Of a DNA stretch of 41,961 nt, positions 37,181 to 41,961 are shown piece after piece; position 1 is the stretch's first letter; each line of letters opens with the position of its first letter. The position numbers and the translations under genes were made by a program. A model generated the notes under the pieces. The model was not told the DNA's origin, ran no database searches, and worked only from the letters and a program-made list of their open reading frames with translations. This DNA comes from Tubiluchus corallicola (Eukaryota; Animalia; Priapulida), in NCBI GenBank assembly GCA_030141605.1, contig JAQGDQ010001416.1, positions 1 to 41,961 of the forward strand. Direction: 5' to 3'.

Positions 37181-37611
37181 CTAAAACAATGAAAACAATG
37201 GCATAAATTTCCTTCTTTACCAATGTTACGTAGGCTACAGTAGCGAATAGGATACGTCACTTCCTAAAACAATGAATACAATGACATAAATTTCCTTTAT
37301 TATCAGCGTTACGTAGTCTACAGTAACGATTAGGATACAACTCTAGCTATAACAATGAAAACAATGACATAAATTTCCTTTATTATCAGCGTTACGTAGT
37401 CTACAGTAACGATTAGGATACAACTCTACCTATAACAATGAAAACAATGACATAAATTTCCTTCATTATCAGCGTTACGTAGTCTACAGTAATGATTAGG
37501 ATACAACTCTAGCTATAACAATGAAAACAATGACATAAATTTCCTTCATTATCAACGTTACGTAGTCTACAGTAACGATTAGGATACAACTCTAGCTATA
37601 ACAATGAAAAC
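37167..37611. repeat. 83-bp tandem repeat (~5.4 copies) spanning the VGLUT exon acceptor
   Basis: GGATAC recurs at 37167, 37250, 37333, 37416, 37499 and 37582. Copy 1 includes 14 exon nt. Confidence 0.92.
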
Positions 37612-38245
37612 ACTAGTAGAGCAGGTAAGCATAAAAATTGTTCACTTTTTAAAAAATATAAAATTTCTAATGTAGGTAGGGAATATCATAATGTTTCGTT
37701 CTAGATGTGGAGGGAAATCAGATTTCACCTTTGTGGGCTGTTAGAGGTCAAATTCAAAATGGCCACCATCGAAAATAGCAAATGTCTTTAAATCGTCATA
37801 ATTTTGCCAATATTTAACATAAAACGGCATATAAAAGATCTAAATTTGCTGGAATTTAATTTGAAATCTATTAAAATATATATAAAAACAAAATTTGAAT
37901 ATGTAAGTTTGCGTTTTACAGACATCCAAGATGACGTTTAAGATTCCGATTCTTTTGAAGTACCCAATTTTGGCTGTCTTGTCTATTATGCCACCATAGG
38001 CTATCTCAGTAATCGCAGGTTGCAAATTATTGAAGAAGCACAGTCTTGTTCTATGTATACAATAAATGCATTGCTTCAAGGTTGTGGTTAGCAGCTATTT
38101 TGTTTTCATCAATCATCTGCCAGGTTCTGGGTCTTTCAAATTTACTATCAAAATGTAACTGAAATAGGAATTAAAACCGGAATATTGCAGCAGCACCATC
38201 TACCTGTGAAAATGCAAATATAGCAAAAATATTTTTTTAACTTAC

Positions 38246-38360
38246 CTCTACTAGACCTTGAAGTATCCTAACAAATATGGCTAAACCTATATTGACTTTG
38301 CAGGCACCAGGAATGAGCATATTCAAAAAAGCTGATGTGCCTATTGCAACACCAAAACAC
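38246..38360 (-). CDS. VGLUT: VGLUT exon (115 nt)
   Basis: TTACAG acceptor and GTAAG donor. Encodes RCFGVAIGTSAFLNMLIPGACKVNIGLAIFVRILQGLVE. Confidence 0.95.
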
Positions 38361-38382
38361 CTGTAAGGCAAAGTATTTGCAA

Positions 38383-38448
38383 TTATTATCATTATCGTCG
38401 TTGTTAGCATCATCATCAATATAATAATAATCATCATCATCATCGTCG

Positions 38449-38500
<52 letters not shown>

Positions 38501-38606
38501 AATTGTCATTATCACTGTCATTATCGTTGTCATTGTCATCGTCATCAACATCATCATCGTTATCCTCATCAATGTTACATCATCATTGTAATTGTCATTA
38601 CCATCG

Positions 38607-38658
<52 letters not shown>

Positions 38659-38790
38659 ATCATTATCATTATTGTCGCCACCGTCATCATCACAACCATT
38701 GTTTTTATCATCAACATCATAATCATTGTCACCATTATCATCATCATCCTTGTCATCATGGTATTGTTTATCACAATTAGCATCATAGTC
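38383..38790. repeat. (CAT)n-rich trinucleotide tract
   Basis: Directly visible. Confidence 0.9.
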
Positions 38791-39084
38791 ATTGTCTTTG
38801 CCATCAACGGTCCATTGTCACTCTTATTATAAAGAAAAGAATGACAAAGAAAATGAGAATGATAATAACAATAAGAACAACATTAGTTCAGTAACTACAA
38901 CAACCAACAATGGCAAAAACATTGGCAACAATAACACAACAATAGTAGCATTAACCATAGTTACAATATGTTACAACGATACTAGCTGAGTATATATAAA
39001 TTAATAACCAAACAAACAATTGTTTGTTTAATTATTTAGGATAATTATTTACAAACAGTTTAACTGATAAACTTCTGTTTTTAC

Positions 39085-39203
39085 CTATTAGCAGGAAATC
39101 GTGCAGCGATGAGCCCTCCTGGTATTTGTGTTACCAAATAACCCCAGAAGAAGGCGCTGTCTAACAAACCAATTTGTGATGGCTTCCAATCAAACTCTTT
39201 TTC
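39085..39203 (-). CDS. VGLUT: VGLUT exon (119 nt), most 5' exon found in the window
   Basis: TTTCTAG acceptor and GTAAA donor. Encodes EKEFDWKPSQIGLLDSAFFWGYLVTQIPGGLIAARFPANR (FFWGY..TQIPGG motif). Confidence 0.95.
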
Positions 39204-39594
39204 CTAGAAAAAAACAGCCAGGTAGTAGTTTATATCTAAACCTCATCAGCGCTTGTTGGACATTTGACAAGAAACAAAAAAATATGAAAATCTGCATCGA
39301 AACTGACAAAACTTGAGAGCCACAGTGGTTGTTTCCTTTTGTTTTAAAAAATCGATCCCCATTCTAATTACACACTCACGAAGAGATAAACTATTTCGCT
39401 CAAAAGTTATTTTGGCAAATCTTGTGATAGTTGTGTGACTATCAAGATTTAGCTAAAGTAAGCCTTACAAACATTGTAATTCCTCTAGGCCTGGCAACTC
39501 TAGGATAATTATTGTTTAACATTGCTAGGCAATTAGGGTTACAAATATATTTGCATATATTTAGTGAATAATTACTATTCACACAATACATACA

Positions 39595-39872
39595 CTGTTT
39601 ACAAAAATATAAATACGTACATATATAACACTACAAAACATACACTACGTTACTAACAACACAATGATACAAGTTAAATTCAATAATTAAAACTAAATAC
39701 AAAACATCAAACTTTGCTGTATAGTCCCTATACTATAACATAGATATACATATATTTACGGTAGTTACGTAGACATGATTATAGTATTTAATTTACATAA
39801 ACGATCCTAGTTTTATATATATATAAAACTAGGATTGATATATACATATTTTATATATCAATATAAAACTAT

Positions 39873-39903
<31 letters not shown>

Positions 39904-39932
39904 AAAACGACCTATATGTATGTATATATCTA

Positions 39933-39970
<38 letters not shown>

Positions 39971-41570
39971 CATATAGGTCGTTTTTTAAATTTATAAAAC
40001 AAATTTTGTATAGCATTTGAACCAAAAATTACAAACAAATTTGAGAATTTCTAAATCGAAAATTTTAGCTTGACATCGTCTGATAAGTAAGTAAAGTTAG
40101 AATATGTATATAGAGACTGCCCCTGTATAAAGTTGTTTCTTGGTTGTTCACATCTACTAAAGTGTAAGAGCAAGTAGCGATTATGTTTTAAAATGAAAAA
40201 AAGTCACATGTTTTTAACAAATTTACACGAACATGTGCAGCGTGCCGATCAACCTCCGCGAAACATCAGTATCTACATGTCAAATGTAGACCGCGTTAAC
40301 TCAAATGTAGATTTAGAAGTAACTCAAATGTGACTTAGGTAAGTCAAATGTAGACGCAGGAAAGTTCAAATGTGACTTTGGTAAGTCAAATGTACACATA
40401 GGAATGTCGAATGTGTTTTGGTATCTCAAATGTGACTTAGGTAAGTCAAATGTAGATGCGGTACTTTGAATAAATCGATAATTAACTCATTTAAGTGCAA
40501 ATTAGAAAAAGATAAAACCAAATTAAAATTATATTTTATGGTCATGGTGCTATCGGCAGCATCAATTTTCATTATATTTAATTAATTTGCAACAATTTGT
40601 GTGGACGTTAATACATTTTTCAAATATAAAGAAAATGTTTATTTGATAGTTTTAAGTAATGCATTAGCACTGCATTAATGAATTAGTTTCTCTTAAGAAA
40701 CATTGTTTATTTTAAGAATGTATTGTTTTCTCTAACAGTTCCAATGGTATGTAAAGTTTGCAGAACATTAGTGAACCTATAACGTTGTTATTTTAACTTA
40801 AGACCAATTATTAAATTGAAATTAAAGAAGATTAAATTTAACATCCTTAAACTTTACCACCTATCCACATTTGAGATACCAATGTCACATTTGACTTGAC
40901 ATGTGTCTACATTTGAACTTACCAAAAACGCTTAAGTTTTCTTGAAAACCATTGTTAACACATTTGAACTACCTAAGTCTACATTTGAGTTACCAAGACA
41001 GATTTGAACTACCTAAGTCTACATTTGAGTTACCAAGACAGATTTGAACTACCTAAGTCTACATTTGAGTTACCAAGACAGATTTGAATTACCTAAATCT
41101 ACATTTGAGTTACCAAGACAGATTTGAATTACCTAAATCTACATTTGAGTTACCAAGACACATTTGAATTACCTAAATCTACATTTGAGTTAACAAGACA
41201 CATTTGAATTACCTAAATCTACATTTGAGTTAACACAGGTCTACATTTGACATGTAGATACTGATAAGTTTCGCGGAGGTTGATCGGCACGCGTTGCACA
41301 TGTTCGTGTAAATTTGTTAAAAACATGTGACTTTTTTTCATTTTAAAACATAATACGCATTTGCTCTTACACTTTAGTAGATGTGAACAACCAAGAAACA
41401 ACTTTTATACAGGGGTCAGTTCTATATACATATTCTAACTTTACTTACTTATCAGACGATGTCAAGCTAAAATTTTCGATTTAGAAATTCTCAAATTTGT
41501 TTGTAATTTTTGGTTCAAAATGCTACATAAAATTTGTTTTATAAATTTAAAAAACGACCTATATTTATGT

Positions 41571-41619
<49 letters not shown>

Positions 41620-41648
41620 TAGATATATACATACATATAGGTCGTTTT

Positions 41649-41686
<38 letters not shown>

Positions 41687-41961
41687 GTTTTATATTGATA
41701 TATAAAATATGTATATATCAATCCTAGTTTTATATATATATAAAACTAGGATCGTTTATGTAAATTAAATACTATAATCATGTCTACGTAACTACCGTAA
41801 ATATATGTATATCTATGTTATAGTATAGGGACTATACAGCAAAGTTTGATGTTTTGTATTTAGTTTTAATTATTGAATTTAACTTGTATCATTGTGTTGT
41901 TAGTAACGTAGTGTATGTTTTGTAGTGTTATATATGTACGTATTTATATTTTTGTAAACAG
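39595..41961. repeat. large inverted repeat / foldback (arms >=720 bp, ~900-bp spacer)
   Basis: 39595-~40316 is the reverse complement of ~41213-41961 and runs off the window. The spacer contains the 12436-12807 MITE family and a 40-bp tandem array at ~40960-41230. Confidence 0.9.

Overview
AT-rich, repeat-dense eukaryotic DNA from an invertebrate animal (probably a lophotrochozoan; inferred from the 5S sequence and repeat style). Two spliced genes converge tail-to-tail. On + are the last three coding exons of malectin (1769-9854). On - are ten coding exons of a vesicular glutamate transporter (VGLUT/SLC17A6-8/eat-4 type, 39203 to 20782), whose 5' exons lie beyond the window. An intronless class A GPCR of galanin/allatostatin-A receptor type, with almost no N-terminus, is nested antisense in a 7.5-kb VGLUT intron (28547-29479). 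Introns and spacers hold many mobile elements: a 5S-rRNA-headed SINE with an RTE-derived body (one full copy, one 5'-truncated, both with target-site duplications, TSDs), tRNA-like short retroposons, a solo LTR splitting a 67-bp satellite, RTE LINE relics, hAT-, piggyBac- and TA-type MITEs, a Penelope-like hairpin with a hammerhead core, and a large foldback at the right end. Many minisatellites and trinucleotide arrays explain most of the ORF track. All coordinates were read by eye and no database searches were run.
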